The notes: generated by a model not told the origin, from the sequence alone. A stretch of DNA of 64,000 bases from an uncultured bacterium (GCA_903824595.1 CAIJXH010000007.1:5184-69183), one strand, 5' to 3'; counted from the first letter of the stretch, positions 46,322-56,702 are shown. Made by a program: numbers and translations.

Positions 46322-47167
46322 ATGAGTCCAGCTCTGTGTAATTTTGGAGAGTCTCAATATCTATTGTTCGGACCAAACGTGGCACCTCTTGTGTATTATT
46401 CGCATATCCCCATAATGTTGGCGTCTTTGATGTTGGCGCTGCTTATTATCAGGCAGAACATGAATGGTCTGGCAAACCGTGTACTATTTTTCACCGTCAT
46501 AGTTTTTGCCACGTGGTTGTTTCTCGATTCTGTGTATTGGGCAAGCAACAGAAGTGACGTTGCTATGTTTATGTGGTCGGTTACTATCTTGATCGAACCA
46601 CTCGTGTACATAGGAAGCCTATATTTTCTCTATGTCCTCATTGATAAACAGGATGTGGCATTTCGTATCAAGCTGAAATGGTTCTTACTATGGGTACCAT
46701 TAGCCGTGATTGCTCCTACTCAATATCTTTTGTCAGGCGTTGAGGTGTCGTCTTGTTTAGTAAAAGAAAATTCGCTGTCATTTTATTCATATTTTATTGA
46801 GGTAGTGTGCATCATGTGGATAACAGCTCTCGCGTGCCAACGCTATCGTGCATCGACAATAAAAGAACAGAAGGACAAAATAATATTTTTGACCACGGGG
46901 GTGCTCTTGTTATGCTTGGCGTTCACGTGGGGTAATTTGTTCGGCAGTTTTACTGAAAATTGGCAGATCGCTCAATATGGATTATTCGGAATGCCTATTT
47001 TTATCGCATTTCTACTGTACGCAATAGAAAAATATAAAATATTCAATATCCACCTCATTGGATCCTTGCTGTTCCTTATCGTTATGGCATTTTCTATTAC
47101 GGCAACGTACTATCGCGCCATGGTATTGCACGATTACGATATCGTCGACTCAAGATCGCAGCAGTAG
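46322..47167 (+). CDS. Stand-alone membrane sensor domain (7-8 TM), a paralog of the N-terminal half of the histidine kinase at 47685..49328, lacking HisKA/HATPase
   Basis: Collinear similarity to the kinase N-terminus (LFGPNVAPLVYYSHIP vs IFGPNVPALVYYAHLP; YSYFIEVV; GLFGMPIFIAFLLYAIEKYKIFNI vs GLFGMPVFIAFLAYTIVKYRTFNI), but ending before the kinase core. Confidence 0.65.
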   Translation: MSPALCNFGESQYLLFGPNVAPLVYYSHIPIMLASLMLALLIIRQNMNGLANRVLFFTVIVFATWLFLDSVYWASNRSDVAMFMWSVTILIEPLVYIGSLYFLYVLIDKQDVAFRIKLKWFLLWVPLAVIAPTQYLLSGVEVSSCLVKENSLSFYSYFIEVVCIMWITALACQRYRASTIKEQKDKIIFLTTGVLLLCLAFTWGNLFGSFTENWQIAQYGLFGMPIFIAFLLYAIEKYKIFNIHLIGSLLFLIVMAFSITATYYRAMVLHDYDIVDSRSQQ

Positions 47168-47188
47168 ACTCATTGAGTCTCGCGTCTC

Positions 47189-47587
47189 CTATTCCTTGAT
47201 GTCCTCAAGCGACAGCCCGTTACGTTCGAAATACTTATTATCAAACTGGCGATAATCGCAGAGAAGCTCTTCTCCCGGGAGAATATCGCGCGCCGCGATG
47301 TCTCTCGTTGGCGTTGACTCGATATTCAATCGTTTTTGAGAATGATTGATGTATCGCTGACCATCGGCGCACAGGACGTATTTTTGCAATTGCTTGTCAA
47401 AATAGCAATAGTAGTACATATATGCCCGAGCCACAGGCGGCAGACATTCTATCTTTTCAGAAGGAAACGACACATCGTACTCAGGATCGTATTCCCACGT
47501 AATGGTGCCTTTTGGAATCATCTGATCCGCAAAAAGACCAAATCCGTGAACATCACTATCGCGCACTACCGTTTTTACTTTTATCAT
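47189..47587 (-). CDS. SET-domain protein (putative protein-lysine methyltransferase), 132 aa
   Basis: GFGLFADQMIPKGTITWEY...RYINHS...LPGEELLCDY, matching SET motifs GxG, (R)FINHS and ELxxDY. Confidence 0.72.
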   Translation of the reverse strand: MIKVKTVVRDSDVHGFGLFADQMIPKGTITWEYDPEYDVSFPSEKIECLPPVARAYMYYYCYFDKQLQKYVLCADGQRYINHSQKRLNIESTPTRDIAARDILPGEELLCDYRQFDNKYFERNGLSLEDIKE

Positions 47588-47684
47588 CCGCTGATGATAC
47601 CATAGGAAATACGTTTGTACATTGCGTTGTATGTATAGTGTGTATAACGTGGTACATGCATTGTTCGGATGTTACAATCCGAAA

Positions 47685-49328
47685 ATGGATCCATCAGTGA
47701 CGTTTTGTAGTTTTGAGGGAGCAAAATTCCTCATTTTTGGTCCAAACGTACCTGCTCTTGTCTACTATGCTCACTTACCGAATATCATAATATCTCTGTG
47801 TCTGGCTTTTTTTATTTTATTTCAAAATAGAAAAATGCTAGCAAATCAGGTTTTGTTTGGCACAATACTTTCATTTGTGATCTGGGCGTTCTTTGCTCTC
47901 GTATTCTGGGCAACCAATAACCCAGGTGTCGTGATATTCAGCTGGTCGATGGATGTGTTATTTGAACCATTAGTATACGTAGGATGTTTATATTTGCTCT
48001 ATGTTTTGTTCGAAAAACGCGATCTTCCACTTACGTGGAAAAGCATGTTCACCATACTGTACGTACCCTTCGCGCTTCTTGTACCAACGCGACTCACCCT
48101 TTCAGGTGTAGATTTGTCAACGTGTCTTGCGGTCGAGGGTCCTGTTGCACTGTATTACTCCTATTTCATAGAAATCGTGATATCGATCTGGGCGTTCGTG
48201 TATGCGACTGGGCGGATTTTATATACAGCAAACCCAGAAACTAAAAAGGAGCGCCTCTTTCTATCTATGGGCGTTTTGTTCCTACTTTTCTCGTTTGGGT
48301 GGGGTAATATTATTGGCAGTTTTACAGAGGACTGGAAACTGGGTCTGTATGGCCTTTTTGGCATGCCTGTGTTTATTGCGTTTCTTGCCTACACAATCGT
48401 AAAATATCGAACGTTTAATATTCGTGTGGTTGGATCGGTGGCACTGGTTTTGGCGCTCTGCGCCCTCAATTTCTCGTTGCTGTTCGTGCAGCATGTCGAG
48501 GTATTCCGTGGTGTTGCGGCACTTACGTTTACTATTTCGAGCGTGTTCGGGTATCTGCTCATCAGGAATGTGCGCAATGCCATGCGTCAGCGTGCTTTGA
48601 TCGAGCAACAAGAACGCGCTCTTGAAGTTACCAACAATGAGCAGGAGGCGCTACTTCGTTTTGTGAGTCATGAAATAAAAGGATATCTCACCAAAAGTGA
48701 GGCGGTGTTTGCTGAAATTGGTGAAGGGACGTATGGCGAGCCGACGCCTCGTATCAAACAGATGGCGGAGGGAGCACTTGCCGAGATGCGCAAAGGCGTG
48801 GATATGGTCATGTATATTCTCAAGGCAGCTAATTTCAAGAAGGGTACGGTGGGATACGAAAAACATCCTTTTGACTTGAAGGCAGTCGTGCGCGCCTCTA
48901 TTGTCGCGCTTCAGCCATTGGCAGACGAACGACACATTACCGTTACGTCGTCCGTGAGCGATGAAGAGTTCACTATGACAGGCGATGAGTCGAAAATAAG
49001 CGAGCACGTCACACGCAATTTGATAGACAATGCTCTTCGGTACACTCTTGCGGGAGGGAAGGTGCACGTATCACTTTCACATTGTGTAAATGGCGACGTA
49101 TGTTTTGCGGTCACAGATACGGGGATTGGTATCACCAAAGAAGATATGCGCAACTTATTCACTGAAGGTGGACATGGCAAAGATTCTATTACCACCAACG
49201 TGCACTCGACTGGTTATGGACTTTTCATCGCGAAACAAGTCGTTGGCGCGCACAACGGAAGGGTATGGGCAGAATCGGATGGGGAGGGAAAGGGGTCGAA
49301 GTTTGTCGTCGAGTTTCCGCGGGAGTGA
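47685..49328 (+). CDS. Sensor histidine kinase (multi-TM sensor + HisKA + HATPase_c)
   Basis: H-box FVSHEIKGYL; N, G1 and G2 boxes (DNALRYT, VTDTGIGI, GYGLFIAKQVVGAHNGRVW). No response regulator is adjacent. Confidence 0.85.
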   Translation: MDPSVTFCSFEGAKFLIFGPNVPALVYYAHLPNIIISLCLAFFILFQNRKMLANQVLFGTILSFVIWAFFALVFWATNNPGVVIFSWSMDVLFEPLVYVGCLYLLYVLFEKRDLPLTWKSMFTILYVPFALLVPTRLTLSGVDLSTCLAVEGPVALYYSYFIEIVISIWAFVYATGRILYTANPETKKERLFLSMGVLFLLFSFGWGNIIGSFTEDWKLGLYGLFGMPVFIAFLAYTIVKYRTFNIRVVGSVALVLALCALNFSLLFVQHVEVFRGVAALTFTISSVFGYLLIRNVRNAMRQRALIEQQERALEVTNNEQEALLRFVSHEIKGYLTKSEAVFAEIGEGTYGEPTPRIKQMAEGALAEMRKGVDMVMYILKAANFKKGTVGYEKHPFDLKAVVRASIVALQPLADERHITVTSSVSDEEFTMTGDESKISEHVTRNLIDNALRYTLAGGKVHVSLSHCVNGDVCFAVTDTGIGITKEDMRNLFTEGGHGKDSITTNVHSTGYGLFIAKQVVGAHNGRVWAESDGEGKGSKFVVEFPRE

Positions 49329-49605
49329 GCAATATGCAGTTCCTATGATGAACAAAAAAGACTGGGATTTTGATTCCGTTGAGTGTTGGAGGAGACTCAT
49401 CTTGCGCAATTTGAAAGATGTGGAATCATTCTATGTATGAAGCGCGCAGAATCGTATGACTTTGCAGCACGGATTGTGATCTCGCTGATTGCAATTGGTT
49501 TGGTAGGAGGTGCGGTTGTGTGGGCGGTGTCGCCTGTATCGTCTATGACGATTGCAATGCCATGGTCGGCATCGCACGCCGATACGGTGCAACCCTAACG
49601 TACGT

Positions 49606-50055
49606 ATGAAATCTACCGTCTCATTTGCAGAATTGAAGAGAAAGCGCACACCGCTTCGCAACATCAACATTGAGCATCGTGAACGTCTCACGCGCGTGGA
49701 GCTATTTGCGGTGTGGATCACGGAGCACGTGGGCACCATGGGTTTTTTCGCTCTTATTTTATTGTGGACTCTTGCATGGCTAAGCTGGAATATCTTTGCT
49801 CCAAGATCGTTACAGTTCGATCCGTTCCCTGCTTTTGTGTTTTGGTTGTTCATTTCCAATATGATCCAGATTCTCCTCATGCCACTCATCATGGTAGGAC
49901 AAAATTTACAAGGAAAACATTCAGAGGCGCGAGCTGAGGCTGATTTTGAAGTAAACAAACAAGCAGAACAGGAAATCGAAATGATTATCACTCATCTCGA
50001 AAACCAGGAAGAGCTCCTGCATCGTCTTCTTGCGCGCATTGAAAATGACCGATGA
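49606..50055 (+). CDS. DUF1003-family membrane protein
   Basis: MKSTVSFAELKRKRTPLRNINIEHRERLTRVELFAVWITEHVGTMGFFALI..., the pattern typical of DUF1003; two TM helices. Confidence 0.55.
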   Translation: MKSTVSFAELKRKRTPLRNINIEHRERLTRVELFAVWITEHVGTMGFFALILLWTLAWLSWNIFAPRSLQFDPFPAFVFWLFISNMIQILLMPLIMVGQNLQGKHSEARAEADFEVNKQAEQEIEMIITHLENQEELLHRLLARIENDR

Positions 50056-50605
50056 CGAGCTCATAGCGCAGTATTTGAACGGTGATACATGCGCGCTCGA
50101 GACGCTCGTCGATCGATATATGGGGCGCGTATACAATCTCACGCTTCATATAACGAACGATCAGTCGGCGGCAGACGATGCGACACAGGAAGCGTTTGTG
50201 CGAGCATGGCGTGCGATACGCGGATATCGTACGGGAATGAGCTTCAAGGCGTGGCTGTTTCGTATCGCGCGTAACGCGGCACTTGATTGGGTGCGCAAAA
50301 AGAAAGACGTGGCATTTTCGGTGCTCGATCATGATACAGATGCGTCATTGCAATTTGTCGACACCATTGTCGATGAACACCCTCTTCCCGATGCGTATGC
50401 CATAACGCAAGAGAGTATTCGCCATACCACGGCACTCCTTGCGCGCCTGCGTCCAGACCATCGTGAGATTGTGGTATTGAGACACACCAGCAATCTCACC
50501 TTTGAAGAGATTGGCGCTCTCGTTCGGCGTCCGTTACATACCGTAAAGAGTCAATATCGTCGCGCGATTGCCGCGCTTCGTGAATGTGTGCACCAAAACC
50601 AGTAA
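50045..50605 (+). CDS. RNA polymerase sigma-70 factor, ECF subfamily
   Basis: Region 2 (AQYLNGDTCALETLVDRY...DATQEAFVRAWR) and region 4 (EIVVLRHTSNLTFEEIGALVRRPLHTVKSQYRRA). Confidence 0.85.
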   Translation: MTDDELIAQYLNGDTCALETLVDRYMGRVYNLTLHITNDQSAADDATQEAFVRAWRAIRGYRTGMSFKAWLFRIARNAALDWVRKKKDVAFSVLDHDTDASLQFVDTIVDEHPLPDAYAITQESIRHTTALLARLRPDHREIVVLRHTSNLTFEEIGALVRRPLHTVKSQYRRAIAALRECVHQNQ

Positions 50606-50623
50606 CGAGCTCGTATAGGTAGT

Positions 50624-51019
50624 ATGCACATGCCGATGATCAATCCGCCCGCATATGTACGGAGACGCGTCATTTCACGCATCGCGCGCATGGAATATCG
50701 ACGGTCGGCGGTCCGTTTTTCCGTACTGCTTACCGCGTGTTCTGTATCGACGAGTGTGACCGCTGTTGCTATAGTGTCGGTCTCGCAAGAACTCGCGCGC
50801 TCTGGTTTTTACTCGTATCTTGCACTGCTTGGTTCTGATTCAAATGTTATACTTGCCTCGTGGCACGATTTCGCACTATCTCTGATTGAAGCACTTCCTG
50901 TTGCAAACATAGCGTTTGCACTCGCCGCGGCGACAGCATTGTTCTTTTCGTTACCGCATCTTGTACGCGCTATGCGTGAATTACGCAGATCGCGCGAGTA
51001 TCATGTAGTACTGTCATAG
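50624..51019 (+). CDS. Putative anti-sigma factor / membrane protein downstream of the ECF sigma
   Basis: 131 aa, two or three TM segments; anti-sigma function assigned by position only. Confidence 0.35.
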   Translation: MHMPMINPPAYVRRRVISRIARMEYRRSAVRFSVLLTACSVSTSVTAVAIVSVSQELARSGFYSYLALLGSDSNVILASWHDFALSLIEALPVANIAFALAAATALFFSLPHLVRAMRELRRSREYHVVLS

Positions 51020-51030
51020 CAAAGTATTGT

Positions 51031-51528
51031 ATGCAATCATCAATACCAGCGTTATTTGAATCCAAAATGTTTCGAATGATATCGATTGGTATCGCGCTAC
51101 TGCTTGTCGCGGTATGTATATTCCGAGCAGGTATGAGTATTGGATATAGAAAAGCAGCTTTTACATACCAGCAAGGCGATAATTACTATCGTGCGTTTGG
51201 CAGACACGTTCCGCGCCCGTACGGGATACCTATGCATGATGAATTCATGGATACGCATGGTGCTGTGGGGAAAATAATCAGTGTTGATGCGGCGTCTATC
51301 GTCGTATCCAGTCCTGATGGTATCGAAAGAGTAATCAGTATGTCCACGACCACGCGCATAAAATATCTCGACGATACCGTCCCTGCGACGAGTCTTCATG
51401 TAGATGATTTTGTCGTAATATTTGGCGTTCCAGACAAATCATCGCGCGTGGACGCAAAACTCATCCGTATCTTACCCCCTCCGCCCGAGACATCCACCAC
51501 AAGCACGTCTCATCGTTCATCGCTATGA
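51031..51528 (+). CDS. Hypothetical membrane-anchored periplasmic protein
   Basis: An N-terminal TM and a soluble domain; distantly similar in architecture to 55285..55707. Confidence 0.45.
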   Translation: MQSSIPALFESKMFRMISIGIALLLVAVCIFRAGMSIGYRKAAFTYQQGDNYYRAFGRHVPRPYGIPMHDEFMDTHGAVGKIISVDAASIVVSSPDGIERVISMSTTTRIKYLDDTVPATSLHVDDFVVIFGVPDKSSRVDAKLIRILPPPPETSTTSTSHRSSL

Positions 51529-53300
51529 TGTCTCTTTTCTCGCGCGCTTCGTATAGTTCGGTGATTGCGACAATCAAAGCACATCGGTTGTTGGGTGCTG
51601 GCATTGTGGTGGTGTGCGTGATCGCGAGCTACTGGTTCTACGGCACGTATCTGTCTGCAAGCGCAACAACCACGTATGTACTGGGCACGGTTGAAAAGGG
51701 AACTATCGTCGCGTCGGTGTCGGCGAGCGGTCAGGTGTCGGCCTCCAATCAGCTCGATATCAAGCCGCGCGTGTCGGGCGAGCTTCTTTCTGTGTTGGTT
51801 GTCGCGGGTCAAAAAGTATCGGCAGGACAATTGATTGCGGTTATCGATCCATCCAGCGCGCAAAAAACAGTACGCGACGCAGAGGTCAATGTGCAGAGCG
51901 CGCAGCTGTCTCTCGACAAAATTCAACAGCCAGCCGATGCTCTTTCTCTTATTCAAGCACAAGATGCGCTTGCGCAAGCGTCGACCACGTTGGCAAAAGC
52001 ATACGACGACGGATTCAATGACGTATCGAATGCATTCTTGTCGCTTCCTGGTGACATGGATGGACTCAAAAATATTCTGTATGGATATGATGCAACGCCA
52101 TCAAAATCACAGAGCAATATCTCGGCGTACGCGGATATGGTCGATTCGAGCGATCCTGCCGTCATCGCCTTCAAACAGGACGCGGCAACGAAATATCAAA
52201 GCGCACTCGATGCCTACAACGCAGCTTTTCTCGCGTATCGCGCACTATCTCGTGCTTCTGATGTTGCAGCTATAGAGCACAGCATCTCGCAGACGTATGA
52301 CACGATCAAGCGCATTGCCGACGCAACCAAAAGCGCCAACGATTTTTTGGGACTGGTAAAAGGTAAATTGACCGACAAAAATCAACCCATCCCCACCACA
52401 TTGACGACACACATGTCTGCGCTCGGTACGTACATTTCCGACACGGGTTCGCATCTCGACGAGCTTCTAAATATCAAAAACACTATCACATCGTCGGAAT
52501 ATTCTATTGCGGAAAGAACACAGTCACTTTCCGATCTCCATGCGGGCGCAACTCCACTCGATATTCAATCGGCAAAACTCACGCTTCAACAACGACAAAA
52601 CGCGCTCGCAGATGCACAAAGCGCGCTGGCGGATTATTACGTACGTGCACCGTTTTCTGGCATTATCGCATCGGTGAATGCAAAAAAATACGATACTGCA
52701 GGATCGGGTTCCGTCATAGCTACACTCATCACCGATCAGCAGATGGCAGAACTTTCACTCAACGAAGTGGATGCCGCAAAAGTGACGGTAGGCAATAAAG
52801 CAACCGTCACGTTTGACGCGATCGACACGTTGACCATGACGGGCAAGGTGGCGGAAATCAACACCATTGGAACAGTATCGCAAGGAGTGGTTTCGTACGC
52901 GGTGCGCATAGGCTTTGATGCACAAGACGCACGTATCAAACCGGGCATGACGGCAAACGCCGCGATTCAAACCGAAGTGCATCAAGATGTGCTCATGGTG
53001 CCCTCGAGCGCTGTCAAGACAAAAAACGACGCAAACTATGTGCTCGTGTTTGATCCTGCGCTCTCGGCAGCAGAGGTGGCTAAAGCAGGTTCAACGGGCA
53101 TCGCCTCGAGTGTCGCGCCAAAACAAGTTCCAGTGCAAACGGGAATCGCGGATGATACAAACATAGAAATTGTCTCTGGGTTGTCCGAAGGACAACAAAT
53201 TATCATCCGATCGACGAGTGCTTCCGCAAAAACAACCACCACCTCGTCGACATCTTCGACGCGCAACGCACTGGGAGGCGGTCCGGGTATTCGTCTTTGA
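51525..53300 (+). CDS. Efflux periplasmic adaptor subunit (HlyD/MacA-like) of the downstream ABC exporter
   Basis: TM anchor; lipoyl half QVSASNQLDIKPRVSGELLSVLVVAGQKVSAGQLIAVID; a long coiled coil; VRAPFSGIIASVNAKKYD; a beta-barrel and MP domain. Confidence 0.75.
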   Translation: MMSLFSRASYSSVIATIKAHRLLGAGIVVVCVIASYWFYGTYLSASATTTYVLGTVEKGTIVASVSASGQVSASNQLDIKPRVSGELLSVLVVAGQKVSAGQLIAVIDPSSAQKTVRDAEVNVQSAQLSLDKIQQPADALSLIQAQDALAQASTTLAKAYDDGFNDVSNAFLSLPGDMDGLKNILYGYDATPSKSQSNISAYADMVDSSDPAVIAFKQDAATKYQSALDAYNAAFLAYRALSRASDVAAIEHSISQTYDTIKRIADATKSANDFLGLVKGKLTDKNQPIPTTLTTHMSALGTYISDTGSHLDELLNIKNTITSSEYSIAERTQSLSDLHAGATPLDIQSAKLTLQQRQNALADAQSALADYYVRAPFSGIIASVNAKKYDTAGSGSVIATLITDQQMAELSLNEVDAAKVTVGNKATVTFDAIDTLTMTGKVAEINTIGTVSQGVVSYAVRIGFDAQDARIKPGMTANAAIQTEVHQDVLMVPSSAVKTKNDANYVLVFDPALSAAEVAKAGSTGIASSVAPKQVPVQTGIADDTNIEIVSGLSEGQQIIIRSTSASAKTTTTSSTSSTRNALGGGPGIRL

Positions 53301-53313
53301 CACACATCATCGC

Positions 53314-54027
53314 ATGATCGAAGTTACTTCTATAGTGAAAACGTACGGATCTGGCGAAGCGGCATTTCAGGCGCTCAATGGAGTTTCTTTTACCATCAAT
53401 GACGGGGAATTTGTCGCCATTATGGGACCGTCTGGATCGGGAAAGTCGACGCTCATGCATATCCTTGGATGTCTCGATACCCCCACGTCGGGATCATATT
53501 TTCTTGATGGCAAAGACGTGTCTACGCGCACCGATGATGAGCTTGCCGATATTCGTCGCTTGCATATAGGATTTGTATTTCAGGCGTTCAATCTCCTTCC
53601 TCGCACGACGGTCTTACGCAATGTCATGTTGCCCCTTGTATATGCAGGTGTAGAAGAAAGTGAGCGCGATAAGCGTTCCAAAAAGGCACTCCTTGCGGCA
53701 GGACTGGCAGAATCTCATTTCGGACACATGAGCAATCAGCTCTCGGGCGGACAAATTCAGCGCGTTGCCATCGCTCGAGCGCTCGTCAACGATCCCACGC
53801 TCATACTTGCTGACGAACCGACAGGTAATCTCGATACAAAAACGGGAGAGGTAGTACTGGGCACGTTTCAACGACTCAATAGGGAACATGGGCGCACTGT
53901 CATACTGATTACTCATGAACAAGATGTCGCCGAGCACGCAGAACGCATCATCACCTTGCGCGATGGAATAATTATCACTGATTCGCGATCGCATACGCGC
54001 CGACAAGCACATCACCATGAAAACTAA
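53314..54027 (+). CDS. ABC transporter ATP-binding protein (MacB/LolD-type)
   Basis: Walker A GPSGSGKSTL, Q-loop, signature LSGGQIQRVAIARAL, Walker B ILADEPTGNLD, H-loop. Confidence 0.9.
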   Translation: MIEVTSIVKTYGSGEAAFQALNGVSFTINDGEFVAIMGPSGSGKSTLMHILGCLDTPTSGSYFLDGKDVSTRTDDELADIRRLHIGFVFQAFNLLPRTTVLRNVMLPLVYAGVEESERDKRSKKALLAAGLAESHFGHMSNQLSGGQIQRVAIARALVNDPTLILADEPTGNLDTKTGEVVLGTFQRLNREHGRTVILITHEQDVAEHAERIITLRDGIIITDSRSHTRRQAHHHEN

Positions 54028-55243
54028 CGATATCATACACGAAACATACACCGCACTATCTGCCAACAAAGTGCGTTCTGGGTTGACGATTCTCGGCATC
54101 GTCATTGGTATAGCATCAGTTATCGCGATGGTATCTATAGGCGCAGGCGCTTCGCAGTCGATCTCGTCATCCATAAAATCACTCGGATCGAATCTCATTC
54201 AAGTGACTCCCGGGGCGCAGCGAACGCAGGGTTTTGGAGCAAGTGGAGGTCGCGGAAATGCAAAAACACTCACCAACGCAGATGCGGCGGCAATAGCATC
54301 ACAGGTCACCAACATAGAAGCTGTCGATTCCGAGGTGTCTGGACGCTATCAAGTGACTGCAAAAGGCACCAACACCAATACGACGGTTATGGGGGTCACC
54401 TCGAAATATCCGCAAATACGCAACGTCGAAATAGCGGAGGGATCGTTCATTACCGATGCACAAAATGATACAGGCGCAAAGGTTGCGGTGCTCGGACCAA
54501 CGGTGCGTGATGATCTTTTTGGAGCTGATGCAGAGGGAATTGTCGGGCAACGTATCAGAATCAGCGGCGCAGAATTCAAAGTGATCGGCATTACGGTTGC
54601 AAAAGGGGGCACGGGATTCCAAAATCAGGATGACATGCTCTTCATACCCGTCACCACATCGCAACGATACCTATCGGGCAATCAGTATCTTTCAACCATC
54701 GCGATACAAGCCTCAAATCAGGACGTCATGACGCACGTGCAAAATGACGTAACGGCTCTGCTGCTGTCGCGACACAACATCTCTGATGCAACGCAAGCGG
54801 ATTTTAGCGTACTCAACCAAAACGACATCCTCTCAACTGCATCGAGCATAACATCGACGCTCACCTACCTGCTTGCCGCGATTGGATGTATTTCGCTTGT
54901 GGTTGGGGGAATTGGCATCATGAACATGATGCTCACCGCGGTCACGGAGCGCACGAGAGAAATAGGACTACGTAAGGCGATAGGAGCAAAGCGCGCGGAT
55001 ATCTCGGCGCAGTTTCTTGCAGAAGCTGTTGCACTCACTTTGGTGGGCGGCGTTATCGGGATTACGCTCGGGTGGGGAATAGCCTATCTCGTCAACATGA
55101 CAGGTGCGGTAAAAACGAGTGTCTCGCTCGCCTCGGTGCTGCTTGCTTTTGGTGTATCAGCATTGACGGGAATCATATTTGGATACTACCCAGCTCGTCG
55201 TGCCGCCTCGCTCAATCCGATCGAGGCGCTGCGATACGAGTAG
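54017..55243 (+). CDS. ABC transporter permease, FtsX/MacB family (4 TM with a large periplasmic domain)
   Basis: An N-terminal TM, about 220 aa of periplasmic domain, and three C-terminal TMs with the FtsX-type block IGIMNMMLTAVTERTREIGLRKAIGA. Confidence 0.85.
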   Translation: MKTNDIIHETYTALSANKVRSGLTILGIVIGIASVIAMVSIGAGASQSISSSIKSLGSNLIQVTPGAQRTQGFGASGGRGNAKTLTNADAAAIASQVTNIEAVDSEVSGRYQVTAKGTNTNTTVMGVTSKYPQIRNVEIAEGSFITDAQNDTGAKVAVLGPTVRDDLFGADAEGIVGQRIRISGAEFKVIGITVAKGGTGFQNQDDMLFIPVTTSQRYLSGNQYLSTIAIQASNQDVMTHVQNDVTALLLSRHNISDATQADFSVLNQNDILSTASSITSTLTYLLAAIGCISLVVGGIGIMNMMLTAVTERTREIGLRKAIGAKRADISAQFLAEAVALTLVGGVIGITLGWGIAYLVNMTGAVKTSVSLASVLLAFGVSALTGIIFGYYPARRAASLNPIEALRYE

Positions 55244-55284
55244 CGTAGTACTATTAGAATGCGTTTACATAATACACATACCAT

Positions 55285-55707
55285 ATGAATCGTACACATG
55301 TAGTAACGGGAGTAGTGGGCATAGTCGTCATAGCATCGGGAGCGTTTTATGGAGGAATGACGTATGGAAAGAGCGTTGTTCCTTCGCGAGGTCAGGGCGG
55401 CAACGGGCAGTTTGGTGTTGGTTCAATGCGTCGAACTGCAAACGGCGGTTTTGTATCGGGCGCAGTTCTCACAAAAGATGCGACCAGCATAACCATAAAA
55501 ACACGAGACGGGAGCACAAAAATCGTACTCGTGAGCCCTTCAACACAGGTGATGAAAAGTGCATCGGGCTCATTTGATGATGTGGCGGTTGGCGCCGATG
55601 TCATTGCCACGGGTGCCGCTAATGCCGACGGAAGCGTTTCCGCGCAGTCGCTGCAAATCAGACCCGTCAATGACTCAGGACGTATGCAGACTCCTGGAGA
55701 CCGCTAA
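55285..55707 (+). CDS. Hypothetical secreted / membrane-anchored protein
   Basis: 140 aa; an N-terminal TM and a Gly/Ser-rich beta domain. Confidence 0.45.
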   Translation: MNRTHVVTGVVGIVVIASGAFYGGMTYGKSVVPSRGQGGNGQFGVGSMRRTANGGFVSGAVLTKDATSITIKTRDGSTKIVLVSPSTQVMKSASGSFDDVAVGADVIATGAANADGSVSAQSLQIRPVNDSGRMQTPGDR

Positions 55708-55718
55708 TACGTGGTAGC

Positions 55719-56702
55719 ATGGTGACCATGCTTGTCGATGACATAACACTAGAGCTTAGAGCTGGAGATGGCGGAAGAGGTGCCGTTGCTTTCAACAAAG
55801 TGAAGCTTTCTCGTGGTCCAACGGGTGGTGATGGTGGAAGAGGTGGCTCACTATATTTCGAAGGGGTCGCCGATTTGAATGGTCTTGCTTCCTATGCGCA
55901 TCGCAAAGAGATCCGCGCCGAATCAGGTAAAAATGGAAGGGGACAATTTCTCGATGGTAGGGCAGGCGAAGATCTCGTACTGCCTATTCCAATCGGAACA
56001 TCTATCATCAACTCACAATCAGGATATGTGAGAGAGATGGAACGCGTGGGGCAGAGAATACTTGCAGCGGCAGGAGGCATGGGAGGAAAAGGTAATTTCA
56101 AATTCCGCTCCGCCATCAATACCAGCCCGCAAGAATACCAAGAAGGACTTGCTGGTGATCATCTTACGTTCAATCTCAAACTCAAACTGATTGCAGACAT
56201 AGGACTGATCGGTCTTCCAAACGCAGGAAAGTCGAGTTTGATCAATGAGCTCACGTCGGCGAAGAGCAGGGTTGGCGCGTATGCGTTTACAACACTCGAA
56301 CCGCACCTTGGTTCATACTACGGACTTATTATTGCCGATATACCGGGTCTCATTGAGGGTGCCTCCGCAGGCAAGGGGCTTGGGGTAAAATTTTTACAAC
56401 ACATTGAGCGTACGCATACATTGTTCCATCTCGTGTCTGCCGAGTCGGATGATCCTGTGCGCGACTATCGCATCATTCGCAAAGAACTCAAGGCGTATGA
56501 CGAATCTCTCATGGGGAAAACAGAGTATGTGTTGCTCACCAAAATAGACATGATATCCCCGGAAGAGCTCAAGAAGAAGCTAGCGGCTTTGAAGCGATCG
56601 CGCATACAGGTAATGCCAATTTCTGTTTTGGATGACAACACGCTTGCGCCACTCAAACAGCTGCTCAACGCGCTCAAGAAAGAAAAAATGCCGTCTCAAT
56701 AA
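55719..56702 (+). CDS. obg: GTPase Obg/CgtA
   Basis: Gly-rich Obg fold N-terminus (AGDGGRGAVAFNKVKLSRGPTGGDGGRGGS) and G-domain (IADIGLIGLPNAGKSSL, DIPGLIEGA). Confidence 0.92.
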   Translation: MVTMLVDDITLELRAGDGGRGAVAFNKVKLSRGPTGGDGGRGGSLYFEGVADLNGLASYAHRKEIRAESGKNGRGQFLDGRAGEDLVLPIPIGTSIINSQSGYVREMERVGQRILAAAGGMGGKGNFKFRSAINTSPQEYQEGLAGDHLTFNLKLKLIADIGLIGLPNAGKSSLINELTSAKSRVGAYAFTTLEPHLGSYYGLIIADIPGLIEGASAGKGLGVKFLQHIERTHTLFHLVSAESDDPVRDYRIIRKELKAYDESLMGKTEYVLLTKIDMISPEELKKKLAALKRSRIQVMPISVLDDNTLAPLKQLLNALKKEKMPSQ

